Assembly (NCBI GenBank): GCA_017504965.1
Contig: JAFVQD010000010.1
Location: forward strand, 761 to 64,760
Reading direction: 5' to 3'
DNA: 64,000 nt
From: Bacteroidales bacterium
Lineage (GTDB): Bacteria; Bacteroidota; Bacteroidia; Bacteroidales; UBA932
The notes under the pieces were generated by a model. That model worked only from the letters and a program-made list of their open reading frames with translations, was not told the origin of the DNA and searched no databases. Positions within the stretch are counted from its first letter, which is position 1. Every line of letters starts with the position of its first letter. The position numbers and the translations under genes were made by a program. Positions 28,035-38,181 of this stretch are shown piece by piece.

Positions 28035-29214
28035 ATGGGAATCTCCCAGCGTGAATCTCTGCAGCCATCTTATATAGATCGTTACGGAGTTTGTCTATTT
28101 TTATCTTCTCTTTAGCAGATATGAAGATACAAGGGGTATGCTCCTTAGCTATCCAGGTCTTCTGCAGCTCCTCAAGTGAGTAGTTTTCGGCTTTTTTCTC
28201 TTCGAATGAAAATTCGCTTTGCTCTATATGCTTGTATGCATCTATCTTATTGAATACCAGGTAGACCGGTTTGTCGTGTGCATTGATATCTTTCAGAGTC
28301 TCATTTACTACCCTTATATGCTCTTCGAAGTTAGGGTGTGAAATATCGACCACGTGCATAAGGATATCAGCCTCCCTTACCTCATCCAGAGTACTTTTGA
28401 ACGATTCGATGAGCTGTGTGGGGAGTTTTCTTATAAAACCTACAGTGTCTGAAAGCAGGAAAGGGACATTCTCTATCACCACTTTTCTTACTGTCGTATC
28501 CAGAGTGGCAAACAGTTTGTTTTCTGCGAACACTTCACTTTTCGACAGAAGATTCATAATTGTACTCTTGCCGGCGTTAGTATATCCTACAAGTGCTATT
28601 CTTACCAGTGACCCTCTGTTTCCTCTCTGTGAGAACATCTGTCTGTCTATCTTTTTAAGCTGCTCCTTCAGACGGCTTATTTTATCCAGAATGATACGGC
28701 GGTCAGTCTCCAGCTGGCTCTCACCCGGACCCCTCATATTGAGACCACCTTTACCTCCTCTCTGTCTCTCCAAGTGGGTCCACATCCTGGTAAGTCTGGG
28801 GAGCAGATATTGATACTGGGCAAGTTCTACCTGTGTTTTGGCATAGGCTGTTTTAGCTCTCTGAGCGAAGATGTCCAGAATAAGACTTGTGCGGTCATAG
28901 ATCTTTCTGCCGGCAAATTCCCTCTCTACATTCCTCAGCTGTGATGGGGAGAGTTCATCGTCAAAAATGACTGTATTTATCTTGTTTTCTTCCAGAAATG
29001 TTCTGATCTCCTCGAGTTTACCTGACCCTACATAGCTTTTTGAATTGGGTGTAGAGAGCCTCTGTGTAAATCTCTTTACACTCTCTATACCTGCTGTCAA
29101 TGCCAGGAATTCGAGTTCGTCAAGATACTCTTTTACCATAGTGTCATCTATATCCTGTGTGATTACAGACACTACAATAGCTTTCTCCAGTTCAATTACT
29201 TGTTGTTCTTCCAT
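28015..29214 (-). CDS. hflX: GTPase HflX
   Basis: HflX N-domain (ELEFLALTAG..., LPRLTRMW), G1 GYTNAGKST, G3 DTVGFI, G4 NKID. The start was set at the ATG at 29214 because a TATATTTG box occupies 29222-29229. Confidence 0.92.
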   Translation of the reverse strand: MEEQQVIELEKAIVVSVITQDIDDTMVKEYLDELEFLALTAGIESVKRFTQRLSTPNSKSYVGSGKLEEIRTFLEENKINTVIFDDELSPSQLRNVEREFAGRKIYDRTSLILDIFAQRAKTAYAKTQVELAQYQYLLPRLTRMWTHLERQRGGKGGLNMRGPGESQLETDRRIILDKISRLKEQLKKIDRQMFSQRGNRGSLVRIALVGYTNAGKSTIMNLLSKSEVFAENKLFATLDTTVRKVVIENVPFLLSDTVGFIRKLPTQLIESFKSTLDEVREADILMHVVDISHPNFEEHIRVVNETLKDINAHDKPVYLVFNKIDAYKHIEQSEFSFEEKKAENYSLEELQKTWIAKEHTPCIFISAKEKIKIDKLRNDLYKMAAEIHAGRFPFNNFLW

Positions 29215-29221
29215 AGGGTGG

Positions 29222-29229
29222 CAAATATA
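29222..29229 (-). promoter_or_regulatory. Bacteroidota -7 promoter box (TATATTTG) for hflX
   Basis: The reverse complement of caaatata is TATATTTG, only 7 nt upstream of the hflX ATG. Confidence 0.45.
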
Positions 29230-29232
29230 CAA

Positions 29233-29272
29233 AAAATAGGTGACTCTTTATAAGCCACCTATTCTTAATATA
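29233..29272 (-). terminator. Intrinsic terminator after the TonB-like gene
   Basis: Hairpin aataggtg/.../cacctatt, followed on the minus strand by TTTTTT. Confidence 0.6.
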
Positions 29273-29285
29273 AGGTATAATGTAA

Positions 29286-29978
29286 TTATCGAAGTTGGAA
29301 AATTACAGGGAAGTTGTAGATAACCTTCACAGCTCTGTCTCTCTGTTTACCAGGAGTCCATTTTGGTGATGAAGATACTACTCTGACAGCTTCTTTGTCA
29401 AGAGAAGGGTCAACACCTCTAAGTACTCTCACGTTTGCTACAGAACCGTCAGGCATAACTGTAAACTGAAGGGTTACACGACCTGATACACCATTTTCTT
29501 TAGCGATCTCAGGATATTCAAGGTGCTGTGACACCCATTTCTGGAAGTTGTTTGCGTCACCGCCCATGAATGAGGGTTTTTCCTCTACAAGAGCGAATGG
29601 AATAGGAGCCTCTTCGATCTCTTCTTCATATACCTCAGCCACGTAGTCCATAATTTCTACACCCATATCTTCTGAGTCCTCAAGCGAGATGAACAAGTCA
29701 TCATTAACTACGATGTCGTCATCAACGATGTCGATCTGGTCAGAAAGTACAGGAACTTTTGGCTGCTCTGGTGGAGGAGGGGGAGCTTCAGTAGTGATAG
29801 GAACGTTCTCTACTTCGATTTCAACAGCAGTCTCAGTAGCGAATGCCATTTCCTCTTTTTCCTCTGTTTGCCATTCAAAAGCGAAAATAACGACTAGCAA
29901 AGTAACGATAAGACCTATTTCCAAGAATAGACCTTTCTTCTTCTCTAGATCGGCTTTTGGAGATTTTTTGATTTCCAT
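29286..29978 (-). CDS. Energy transducer TonB family protein
   Basis: N-terminal TM anchor, acidic and proline-rich linker (EAPPPPPEQPKVP), and a C-terminal TonB domain (GVSGRVTLQFTVMPDGSVANVRVLRGVDPSLDKEAVRVV...W.PG). The start was set at the internal ATG (MEIKKSPK). Confidence 0.85.
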   Translation of the reverse strand: MEIKKSPKADLEKKKGLFLEIGLIVTLLVVIFAFEWQTEEKEEMAFATETAVEIEVENVPITTEAPPPPPEQPKVPVLSDQIDIVDDDIVVNDDLFISLEDSEDMGVEIMDYVAEVYEEEIEEAPIPFALVEEKPSFMGGDANNFQKWVSQHLEYPEIAKENGVSGRVTLQFTVMPDGSVANVRVLRGVDPSLDKEAVRVVSSSPKWTPGKQRDRAVKVIYNFPVIFQLR

Positions 29979-30066
29979 ATTAATATTTTTAACGATGTTT
30001 TTACATTTAGGCTTCAAAGTTAGAAAATAAATCTTTAAAACCTACAAACAATTGTTGAAAAAATGT

Positions 30067-31008
30067 TTAAAGAACATTTATTTCTTTCAATACACCGTTA
30101 GTTTTTCTTACTGCTACTGCACTTGCTTTAAACTTAGCCATCTCATTTTCAGGTAGTTCGATCTCTACGATCTCCTCTACACCGTTTTTGCCGATAACAG
30201 CAGGAACACCGATACAGATATCGCTTTCACCCCACTGGCCATTCAAGCTTACGCAGCAAGGATAAACTCTCTTCTCATCCATAACGACTGCTCTTGCAAG
30301 GGCTGCTGCATTTGCACCTGGAGCGTACCAAGCAGATGTACCCATAAGTTTGGTAAGGGTAGCACCACCTACCATAGTGTCAGCTACTACTTTCTCAGCT
30401 GCCTCAGCTGTAAGTTTTTCGCATACTTTCCCACCTCTGTAGAATGCTTTGCTTAGAAGAGGAACCATAGTAGTGTCACCGTGACCACCGATTACCATAC
30501 CCTCTACATCGCACATAGGGCAGTTAAGAGCTTGGCTCAAATAGTAGTTGAATCTGCTGCTGTCAAGCTGTCCACCCATACCGATGATTCTGTTTTCAGC
30601 TACACCGCTGGTTTTAACTGCAAGATAGGTCATAGTGTCCATAGGGTTAGAAACTACTATGATAACAGCTTTTGGTGAGTGAGCAAGAACATTGCTGATA
30701 ACACTTTTAACGATACCTGCGTTTGTACCGATAAGCTCTTCACGAGTCATACCTGGTTTACGAGGAATACCTGAAGTGATAACTACTACATCTGAATCAG
30801 CAGTAGCAGCGTAATCGTTGGTTACACCTTTGATAACTGAATTGTAATTTAGAACTTTTGCAGACTGCATCATATCCATAGCTTTACCCTCAGCAAAGCC
30901 CTCTCTAACGTCAAGAAGAACGATTTCAGATGCAAAACGCATTTGTGCTACAGCGTTAGCGCAAGTTGCGCCTACGTTACCAGCTCCAATAACACTTACT
31001 TTAGACAT
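30067..31008 (-). CDS. mdh: Malate dehydrogenase (LDH-like MDH)
   Basis: MSKVSVIGAGNVGATCA Rossmann motif, ITSGIPRKPGMTREEL and GGHGDTMVPL. The Arg in the PRKPGMTR loop is typical of MDH specificity. Confidence 0.93.
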   Translation of the reverse strand: MSKVSVIGAGNVGATCANAVAQMRFASEIVLLDVREGFAEGKAMDMMQSAKVLNYNSVIKGVTNDYAATADSDVVVITSGIPRKPGMTREELIGTNAGIVKSVISNVLAHSPKAVIIVVSNPMDTMTYLAVKTSGVAENRIIGMGGQLDSSRFNYYLSQALNCPMCDVEGMVIGGHGDTTMVPLLSKAFYRGGKVCEKLTAEAAEKVVADTMVGGATLTKLMGTSAWYAPGANAAALARAVVMDEKRVYPCCVSLNGQWGESDICIGVPAVIGKNGVEEIVEIELPENEMAKFKASAVAVRKTNGVLKEINVL

Positions 31009-31058
31009 AATTGTAATATTAAATTTGTTAAAATTGTTAATGACTCTTCAGTTTTTCA

Positions 31059-31066
31059 TACATTTG
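31059..31066 (+). promoter_or_regulatory. Bacteroidota -7 promoter box (TACATTTG) for ybeY-mnmG
   Basis: TACATTTG lies 19 nt upstream of the ybeY ATG at 31085. Confidence 0.5.
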
Positions 31067-31084
31067 CACACAAATATACAATGT

Positions 31085-31528
31085 ATGATAAAATTCACTT
31101 GCAAAGATACAGACTTTAAACTAACTCGCCAAAAGGTTTTAAAGGATTGGATAAAGAAAATTTTATCTAAATACGACCTCAGAGTAGGGGATATAAATTA
31201 TCTCCTTACAAATGATGATCAAGTGCTACAAGTCAACAAAGAGTTTCTCGGTCACGATTACTACACAGACATCATCACCTTCGACACTTCAGATTATGAA
31301 TTCAATCCTCAGCAGGATAAGATAAGTGCGGATATAGTGATCAGTGTAGATACAGTAAGGGCAAACGCAGAATTCTACGGTGCTACCTTTGAGGATGAAC
31401 TGCACAGGGTGATCATACACGGCATACTTCATCTCATAGGTTATGATGATCACGAGGAGGAGGATAAATTAATGATGAGGCAACAGGAGGATATCGCTCT
31501 CCAATTATTGAAAGAATATGAATCTTAA
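31085..31528 (+). CDS. ybeY: rRNA maturation RNase YbeY
   Basis: Zinc motif [13 protein letters not shown] length of 147 aa from the ATG at 31085 fits the family. Confidence 0.9.
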   Translation: MIKFTCKDTDFKLTRQKVLKDWIKKILSKYDLRVGDINYLLTNDDQVLQVNKEFLGHDYYTDIITFDTSDYEFNPQQDKISADIVISVDTVRANAEFYGATFEDELHRVIIHGILHLIGYDDHEEEDKLMMRQQEDIALQLLKEYES

Positions 31529-33482
31529 GTACGACATAATAGTTATCGGGGCAGGGCACGCCGGATGTGAGGCAGCTACAGCAGCTGCCAATATGGGCAA
31601 GAAGGTTCTTCTTATCACTATGGATATGAACAAGATAGCCCAGATGTCCTGCAATCCAGCTATCGGAGGTATAGCTAAGGGGCAGATAGTCAGAGAGATA
31701 GATGCTTTAGGCGGCTTCACTGGCATAGTTACTGACGCCAGTACTATCCAGTTCAGAATGCTCAACAGATCTAAAGGACCGGCTATGTGGAGCCCTCGTG
31801 CCCAGTGTGATAGAATTTACTTTTCCTGGAACTGGCGTTATATCCTCGAAACTACCTCAAACTTAGATATTTGGGCCGATACAGCGACACAGATAACCTT
31901 CTCAGGTTCGCGTATTTCCGGTGTCCGTACACAGTTGGGCGCATTTTTCGAAGCTAAAGCAGTCATTCTAACAGCCGGGACATTTCTAAATGGTAAAATT
32001 TTTGTAGGACAGGAGGATGCAGAGAGTGGAAGAATAGGGGAGCCCTCCTCTTATTACATAACAGAGATTCTCGCCGATAAGGGTATTACTACCCAGAGGA
32101 TGAAGACCGGTACACCTCCCCGTATCGATGCATCATCTATAGATTTCTCAAAGCTCATACCACAAGAGGGAGATCCTTCACCTGAAAAATTCTCCTATCT
32201 GAATTACAAGTCCCCTATACAGGGTGCCGTTTCTCAGAAGAATTGTTATATAGTCCATACTAATAAGGATGTTCATAACATACTTGAGTCAGCTTTCCAC
32301 CTCTCTCCCCTTTTTTCAGGAAAGATAAGTGGTATAGGTCCAAGATACTGTCCCAGTATAGAGGATAAGCTCAGGACATTCCCTGGAAAAGATGAACATC
32401 AGCTCTTTCTCGAGCCCGAGGGCTGGAATACCAATGAATATTATTTGCAGGGTTTTTCTTCTTCGCTCCCACTCGATACACAGTTAGATGCACTGCATAG
32501 TATAAAAGGTTTGGAGGATGTAAGGATTTACCGTCCTGCCTATGCGGTAGAGTATGATTATTTCGATCCTACTCTTTTGAAATCCTCTTTGGAGTCAAAA
32601 TTGGTAGATGGTCTTTATCTTGCAGGTCAGGTTAATGGTACGACAGGTTATGAGGAGGCTGCTGCTCAGGGCTTGATGGCTGGAATAAATGCTGTCCTTT
32701 CCTTGTCAGATAAGGATCCTCTTGTTTTAACACGTGATCAGTCATATATAGGAGTTCTTATTGATGATTTGGTTACCAAGGGTGTAGATGAGCCTTACCG
32801 TATGTTTACCTCCCGTGCTGAATATAGAATTCTTTTGCGTCAGGATAATGCCGATCTAAGGCTGACTTCTTTATCGCACTCTTTAGGTTTGGCTGATGAG
32901 TACAGATATAGGCTTATGTCTGAGAAGTATTCCAAGGTAGATAATCTAAAATCTATATTTGATTCCACCAAGGTTAAACCCGATCAGATTAATCCCTATC
33001 TTACTTCTATCGGATCTGCCCCTACAGATTATTCAAGGTCTCTCTCTTCTTTCCTTTCACGACCTGATACCAGGATCACTGATCTAATGAGTTTTGTTCC
33101 TCGTGGAACATTAGGTATGGAAACAGCCCTTGACTTTTTGGATTTTGAGAATTCTGCCCTCTCATTCGCCAAGCAACTTCCCTACAAGCCATCATCACTT
33201 ACCGTAGATCCTATTCTAGAAAAGGATGTTCTTGAATCTGTAGAGATACTTATCAAATATAGTGGTTATATAGAGAGAGAGTCAAGATTGGCCGATAAGA
33301 TGATTAAATTAGAGTCACTTTCCATTCCGGAGGATTTCGATTACTCGAAGGTTACATCTCTTTCGTACGAGTCAAGACAAAAGCTCATTAAGCATAAACC
33401 CCGTACCATATCGCAAGCTTCCAGAATACCTGGAGTTTCACCGGCAGACATCTCTGTTCTTTTAGTGTACTTCGGAAGATAA
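31518..33482 (+). CDS. mnmG: tRNA uridine 5-carboxymethylaminomethyl modification enzyme MnmG (GidA)
   Basis: [58 protein letters not shown]. It overlaps ybeY by 11 nt. Confidence 0.96.
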   Translation: MNLKYDIIVIGAGHAGCEAATAAANMGKKVLLITMDMNKIAQMSCNPAIGGIAKGQIVREIDALGGFTGIVTDASTIQFRMLNRSKGPAMWSPRAQCDRIYFSWNWRYILETTSNLDIWADTATQITFSGSRISGVRTQLGAFFEAKAVILTAGTFLNGKIFVGQEDAESGRIGEPSSYYITEILADKGITTQRMKTGTPPRIDASSIDFSKLIPQEGDPSPEKFSYLNYKSPIQGAVSQKNCYIVHTNKDVHNILESAFHLSPLFSGKISGIGPRYCPSIEDKLRTFPGKDEHQLFLEPEGWNTNEYYLQGFSSSLPLDTQLDALHSIKGLEDVRIYRPAYAVEYDYFDPTLLKSSLESKLVDGLYLAGQVNGTTGYEEAAAQGLMAGINAVLSLSDKDPLVLTRDQSYIGVLIDDLVTKGVDEPYRMFTSRAEYRILLRQDNADLRLTSLSHSLGLADEYRYRLMSEKYSKVDNLKSIFDSTKVKPDQINPYLTSIGSAPTDYSRSLSSFLSRPDTRITDLMSFVPRGTLGMETALDFLDFENSALSFAKQLPYKPSSLTVDPILEKDVLESVEILIKYSGYIERESRLADKMIKLESLSIPEDFDYSKVTSLSYESRQKLIKHKPRTISQASRIPGVSPADISVLLVYFGR

Positions 33483-33511
33483 AAAAAGCGTTCCACGTGG
33501 AACGCTTTTTT
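33481..33511. terminator. Bidirectional intrinsic terminator (mnmG / acyl-CoA ligase, convergent)
   Basis: Perfect palindrome aaaaaaagcgttccacgtggaacgctttttt, with an A-run on one side and a T-run on the other. Confidence 0.85.
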
Positions 33512-33512
33512 A

Positions 33513-35288
33513 TTACTTATAGATATCTGTTATTATATCTGAGTGTTTGGCTTGAATTTTCACTCTTTTTAATTTGAGGGTAGGAGAGAGCATTCCATTG
33601 GTTGGTGTCCACTCTGTAAGTATGACGCGCTCACGTTTTATCTTCTCAAATGGAGCCAGTGTCTCATTTACCCGCTCTACCTCTTTATGTATTTTGGCTA
33701 TCACTTTAGGGTTTTTGGCAAGCTCCTGATTGTCTGCGTAGGTTATTTTGTGTTTGGCAGCCCAGAAGTGAAGTCTCGACATATCAGGAATAATTATAGC
33801 TGATGCAAACTTTTCATTTTCACCTATCACTATACAGTTTTCTATATATGAAGACTCTTTAAGTTTTGTTTCGATAACTTGAGGTGCGATGTACTTACCG
33901 GATGAGAGCTTGAAGATCTCTTTTTTTCTGTCTGTAATTTGAAGATATTTCCCGTCTACAAGACGTCCGATATCACCTGTGTGCAGGAAGCCATCCTCAT
34001 CGATTATCTCTTGGGTCTGCTCAGGATTTTTATAGTAGCCCAGCATCACGTGTGGCCCCTTAGTCAGTATCTCTCCGTCCTCTGCTATTTTCAGTTCTGT
34101 CCCTTCAAGTGGTTCACCCACTGTTCCGATTACATTAATTCCGCCGGCAGGGTTGTTAACTGCTATTACAGGGGATGTCTCAGTCATTCCATACCCCTCG
34201 AATATTCTGAGTTTGGCAGCATTGAAAAGTCTCACTATTTTGCCTTGTATAGATGATCCTCCCGATACGATAATCATCTCGTGCCCACCAAGAGCCTCTC
34301 TCCATTTGTTGTAGACAAGTTTGTCGAAGAGGTCCCTCTTCCACAAGTAAAACTTATTCTTGTTGTATATGTCATAATTGTTCGCGAAGTTCCAGGCAAG
34401 GCTGTAAATTTTTTTCTTAATTCCCGGAAGGTTCTTGCCTGCCCCTTCAAATTTGAAGTACATCATCTCCAGTACTCGAGGTACAGCACAGAATCCGTCA
34501 GCATGGCAGTTGGCCAAATCTTTCTGGATCGTAGCGATAGACTCTGCATAGTAGATGCTGATACCTATGATCTGGTACTCATAGTTCATGCTTCTCTCAT
34601 ATATGTGGCAGAGGGGAAGGAAGCTCAACATCTTCTGTCTGCATGTCACAGTCTGTTTCTTTGCATGACCTAAAGCATTGAACATCAGATTTCTATGAGA
34701 GAGCATAACCCCTTTTGGAGTCCCTGTGGTACCAGAAGTATAGATCATTGTTGCCATCTCATCAGGAGAGGTATCCTGTTTGATTTTTTCCACCACTTCA
34801 CTATACTTCTCCCTGTTCTCTTCACCTGTCTTGTAGAGATTTGCCAGACAGTCGATATCTTTGCTATCATCCATGAGGTATACCTTCATAGGTGTTTTCA
34901 TCTTCTCGACCACAGGATGTATCTTTTTGTATAGCTGAGTGTTTCCTATAAAGATGATTTTGGCATCACTGTGATCGAAGATGTAGCTGTATTCATCTTC
35001 GCTAAGTGTCGGATATACAGGTATATGCACCATTCCTGCGAGATTCAGCCCCATGTCTACAAAGTTCCATTCAGGCCTGTTGCTGCAAATGGTAATGGCT
35101 TTGTCCCCTTTTAAATATCCCGATGCCAAAAGCGCGTAAGCCACTGAATGTGATTTACTTATATATTCTTTTGTACTGACTTTCTGCCAATTTCCTTTAA
35201 CACTTCTACTTAAAATATCATCTTTGTCAGAATGGTTAACCTCCAGGTTTTTCAGTATGTCAAAAGTTCTGGTAATTGTTATTTCCAT
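33513..35288 (-). CDS. Long-chain-fatty-acid--CoA ligase (AMP-dependent synthetase/ligase)
   Basis: AMP-binding motifs IYTSGTTGTPKGVMLSHRN, GYGMTETS and TGDIG...ITDRKKE. Confidence 0.88.
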   Translation of the reverse strand: MEITITRTFDILKNLEVNHSDKDDILSRSVKGNWQKVSTKEYISKSHSVAYALLASGYLKGDKAITICSNRPEWNFVDMGLNLAGMVHIPVYPTLSEDEYSYIFDHSDAKIIFIGNTQLYKKIHPVVEKMKTPMKVYLMDDSKDIDCLANLYKTGEENREKYSEVVEKIKQDTSPDEMATMIYTSGTTGTPKGVMLSHRNLMFNALGHAKKQTVTCRQKMLSFLPLCHIYERSMNYEYQIIGISIYYAESIATIQKDLANCHADGFCAVPRVLEMMYFKFEGAGKNLPGIKKKIYSLAWNFANNYDIYNKNKFYLWKRDLFDKLVYNKWREALGGHEMIIVSGGSSIQGKIVRLFNAAKLRIFEGYGMTETSPVIAVNNPAGGINVIGTVGEPLEGTELKIAEDGEILTKGPHVMLGYYKNPEQTQEIIDEDGFLHTGDIGRLVDGKYLQITDRKKEIFKLSSGKYIAPQVIETKLKESSYIENCIVIGENEKFASAIIIPDMSRLHFWAAKHKITYADNQELAKNPKVIAKIHKEVERVNETLAPFEKIKRERVILTEWTPTNGMLSPTLKLKRVKIQAKHSDIITDIYK

Positions 35289-35289
35289 A

Positions 35290-36312
35290 TTAGATCAATG
35301 CTTTAATGTCTTTAATAAAATCGTCAATATTCTCCTTTTTGGTCTCAAATGAGCACATCCATCTCACCTCCATTGTCTCCTCATCCCATATGTAGAACAT
35401 ATGTTTCTCAGAGAGCTTTTCATAAAGCTCCTTGCTTATATATGCGAACACGGCATTTGTCTCTACCGGTCTTGATATCTTTATCTGAGGTATCTCCTCA
35501 AGTCTGTTTTTAAGATATTGTGCCATCTCATTGGAGTGTGATGCAAGTTTAATGTTAAAACCATCCTGGAAATATCTCTCAAATTGGGCTGCCATGAATC
35601 TCGCTTTCGAGTACAGCTGCGTCATCTGTTTTCTGAGGAAAAGTGCTCTGTTGTGTGGTACTTTGTCGAAAAGGACCACGATTTCACCCATCAGAAGGCC
35701 GTTTTTTGTACCTCCAAATGAGAGTGCGTCGGCCCCTGCGTCGGCAGTGAATGCTTTTACGGGGAGGTTCAATGCTGCAGCAGCATTTGATACTCGGGAT
35801 CCGTCAATATGGAGATAACCCCCTACGCTGTGCATCAGGTCTGCAAGTGCTTTGATCTCTTCCACAGTGTAAAGTGTACCCAACTCTGTAGGTTGGGAGA
35901 TAGACAGAACATTGGGCTGCGAGTGGTGCTGCTCCCCAAATCCGTGCAGATGTTTCTTCACTGTTTCGGGGCAGACTTTGCCATCTGTGTGCTCAAGTGG
36001 GATGAGTTTGCACCCGATTATTTTTTCGGGGGCACCGCATTCGTCGCAGTTTATATGTGCGGTGGCAGGGCAAAGGACAGCATCGGAGCTGTGTGCCAGA
36101 TTTGCCAGTGAAAGGATGTTTGCGCCGGTGCCGTTAACGGCAAATATTGCATGGCAATTGCCCCCAAGCATCTCTTCGACCTCTCTGAGAACCTTTTGGG
36201 AAAATTCGTCATCACCGTATGCTACGGCAAAATTTTGATTGGCTTTTACTATCGCCTCCATAATCTCAGGGTGTACCCCTGAATGGTTGTCACTTCCAAA
36301 GCTATGTTTCAT
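35290..36312 (-). CDS. ltaE: Low-specificity L-threonine aldolase (beta-eliminating lyase fold)
   Basis: FGSDNHSGVHPEIMEAI N-terminus, GTGANI, HIDGSR, and the PLP-lysine context SFGGTKNG. Confidence 0.82.
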   Translation of the reverse strand: MKHSFGSDNHSGVHPEIMEAIVKANQNFAVAYGDDEFSQKVLREVEEMLGGNCHAIFAVNGTGANILSLANLAHSSDAVLCPATAHINCDECGAPEKIIGCKLIPLEHTDGKVCPETVKKHLHGFGEQHHSQPNVLSISQPTELGTLYTVEEIKALADLMHSVGGYLHIDGSRVSNAAAALNLPVKAFTADAGADALSFGGTKNGLLMGEIVVLFDKVPHNRALFLRKQMTQLYSKARFMAAQFERYFQDGFNIKLASHSNEMAQYLKNRLEEIPQIKISRPVETNAVFAYISKELYEKLSEKHMFYIWDEETMEVRWMCSFETKKENIDDFIKDIKALI

Positions 36313-36420
36313 GGTACTAAGTTTTGGACAAATTTAATAAATTATTTCCCGGAATAGAATAATGGAACATACTTTGTTATAATCTTTTCAATACCAGTCA
36401 TAAGACTAAATACGATTGAA

Positions 36421-36999
36421 ATGAAAAGATTATTTATTATGGTGACCGCAGCAGTGATAATGTTATCCTCGTGCGGAACCTACACACTTGAACAAAGTAA
36501 AGTGCTCAATAATGCCGATTTGGCATCATATAAAACTTTTATGATAGAGCCTGCAGATGGCTCTACTATACCTTCATACCTGAGTATGAACGATGTTAGG
36601 AATATTTACAAGTCCATCTCTGGACAGCTGTACAAGAGGGGCTACAAATATGTCTCTACCAATCCTGATATGGTAGTATATGTGGCAATGTCTGTGAAGC
36701 AGGTTATCAAGACCAAAGATCTCATCCCTCCCGGAAGTGGTTTCGGTTACAGATATTTCAGCCCAAGAGCGGCATATCTGGACAGTTATTATTCAAATGC
36801 ACAGATTATATCCGGGATATCCAAGGAGGGCGTCCTTATGGTCGACATTGTGGATGCAAGGAAAAATATCCATGTTTTCTGTGCAGAAGTGAGTTCTTTG
36901 GCAGAAGACAGCGGCGTGAATGTGAAGGATCTTTCCAAGCTTGATCAGGCTACGGAGGTCCTCTTCTCAAGATATCCTGTCTTGCCGAAGGGCAATTAA
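36421..36999 (+). CDS. DUF4136-like lipoprotein
   Basis: Lipobox MLSSCG. It is about 190 aa, with the YKTF.I.P...Y..RGY.....PD..V layout typical of DUF4136. Confidence 0.55.
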   Translation: MKRLFIMVTAAVIMLSSCGTYTLEQSKVLNNADLASYKTFMIEPADGSTIPSYLSMNDVRNIYKSISGQLYKRGYKYVSTNPDMVVYVAMSVKQVIKTKDLIPPGSGFGYRYFSPRAAYLDSYYSNAQIISGISKEGVLMVDIVDARKNIHVFCAEVSSLAEDSGVNVKDLSKLDQATEVLFSRYPVLPKGN

Positions 37000-37022
37000 T
37001 GGCATAACTGTCATGTTAAAAA

Positions 37023-37052
37023 AAGGGGACGGCCTTATGGCTGTCCCCTTGT
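37023..37052. terminator. Bidirectional terminator (DUF4136 gene / gcvH, convergent)
   Basis: aaaaaaaggggacggcc/ttat/ggctgtcccctt hairpin with one mismatch. Confidence 0.6.
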
Positions 37053-37070
37053 ATTGATAAGCTATTCTTA

Positions 37071-37445
37071 TTAGCAGATAGCGTTATATTCTTCAGCTGA
37101 TAGAAGTTCGTTAACCTCTTCAGGGTTAGATATTTTAACTTTGATCATCCAGCCTGCGCCGTATGGATCTTTATTAACTGATTCAGGTGCACCTTCAAGA
37201 TCAGGGTTAACTTCGATAACTTCACCGCTTACAGGCATAAATGCGTCAGCTACAGTTTTAACAGCTTCGATAGCGCCGAAGATCTCATCTTTAGCCAGGG
37301 TCTCACCCTCTGTCTGGATGTCTACAAAGACGATATCACCAAGTTGGTCTTGAGCGAAGTCTGTAATACCGATTACTGCTACGTCACCTTCTACTCTTAC
37401 CCATTCGTGTTCTTTAGAGTACTTTAGATTTGCTGGAGTGTTCAT
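37071..37445 (-). CDS. gcvH: Glycine cleavage system protein H
   Basis: [12 protein letters not shown]...[14 protein letters not shown], with the lipoyl-lysine context IEAVKTV. The start was set at the ATG at 37445 (125 aa). Confidence 0.93.
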   Translation of the reverse strand: MNTPANLKYSKEHEWVRVEGDVAVIGITDFAQDQLGDIVFVDIQTEGETLAKDEIFGAIEAVKTVADAFMPVSGEVIEVNPDLEGAPESVNKDPYGAGWMIKVKISNPEEVNELLSAEEYNAIC

Positions 37446-37508
37446 ATTCAAATGTTTTAGTTTGTTGTTTTTCTGTTTAATTGACAAATGTAATAATAAT
37501 TTTTTCAA

Positions 37509-38099
37509 TTATAGAAGTTTGAGTGCCTTCTTTATAATTTCTTCTGATGTGCAGCCGGGCTCTTTTTTCAATATGCTGTTCAGAACTTTATCCACAGCGG
37601 CCTTGCTGAAGCCGAGTGTGATAAGGGCACCGAACGCCTCTTCTCTATGATTATTGGTCTCAAAGCCGGCACCCAGATCGAGTGTGGCACCGCTGCCATC
37701 CTTACCCACTTTGTCCTTAAGCTCGATTATTGCCCGTTGGGCTGTCTTCAGACCAATACCTTTTACACTCTTTATCTTATTCACATCTCCGCTGATAAGG
37801 GCCATTCTCACTTCGTCGGTGGTGAGGGCAGAGAGCATCATCCGGGCAGTATTGGGCCCTATCCCCGAGACTGAGACCAGTAGGGTGAAAATGTTCCTCT
37901 CTTCCTTATCGGCAAAGCCGTAGAATAGTTCATCATCCTCGTGCTTGTGGTGGTAAATATAGACTTTCCCCTCGGTAGCCCCCTGCAGGGCAGAGTAGGT
38001 CTGCAGAGAGATGAGTATCTTGTAACCGATTCCGTGGTTATCCACCACCATTTCGGCAGGGGTGAGTTCTACGATATTTCCAGAAATGTAGTCGTACAT
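37509..38099 (-). CDS. ruvA: Holliday junction branch migration protein RuvA
   Basis: MYDYISGNIVELTPAEMVVDNHGIGYKI, with HhH motifs VSGIGPNTARMML and VKGIGLKTAQRAIIELK. Confidence 0.93.
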   Translation of the reverse strand: MYDYISGNIVELTPAEMVVDNHGIGYKILISLQTYSALQGATEGKVYIYHHKHEDDELFYGFADKEERNIFTLLVSVSGIGPNTARMMLSALTTDEVRMALISGDVNKIKSVKGIGLKTAQRAIIELKDKVGKDGSGATLDLGAGFETNNHREEAFGALITLGFSKAAVDKVLNSILKKEPGCTSEEIIKKALKLL

Positions 38100-38181
38100 A
38101 TCAAGTGTATGATTTTTGCATTAAAGTATCAGAGCAAATTTAATGATAAATTGCATATCTTTGCCATTAGATTTTAAAACA

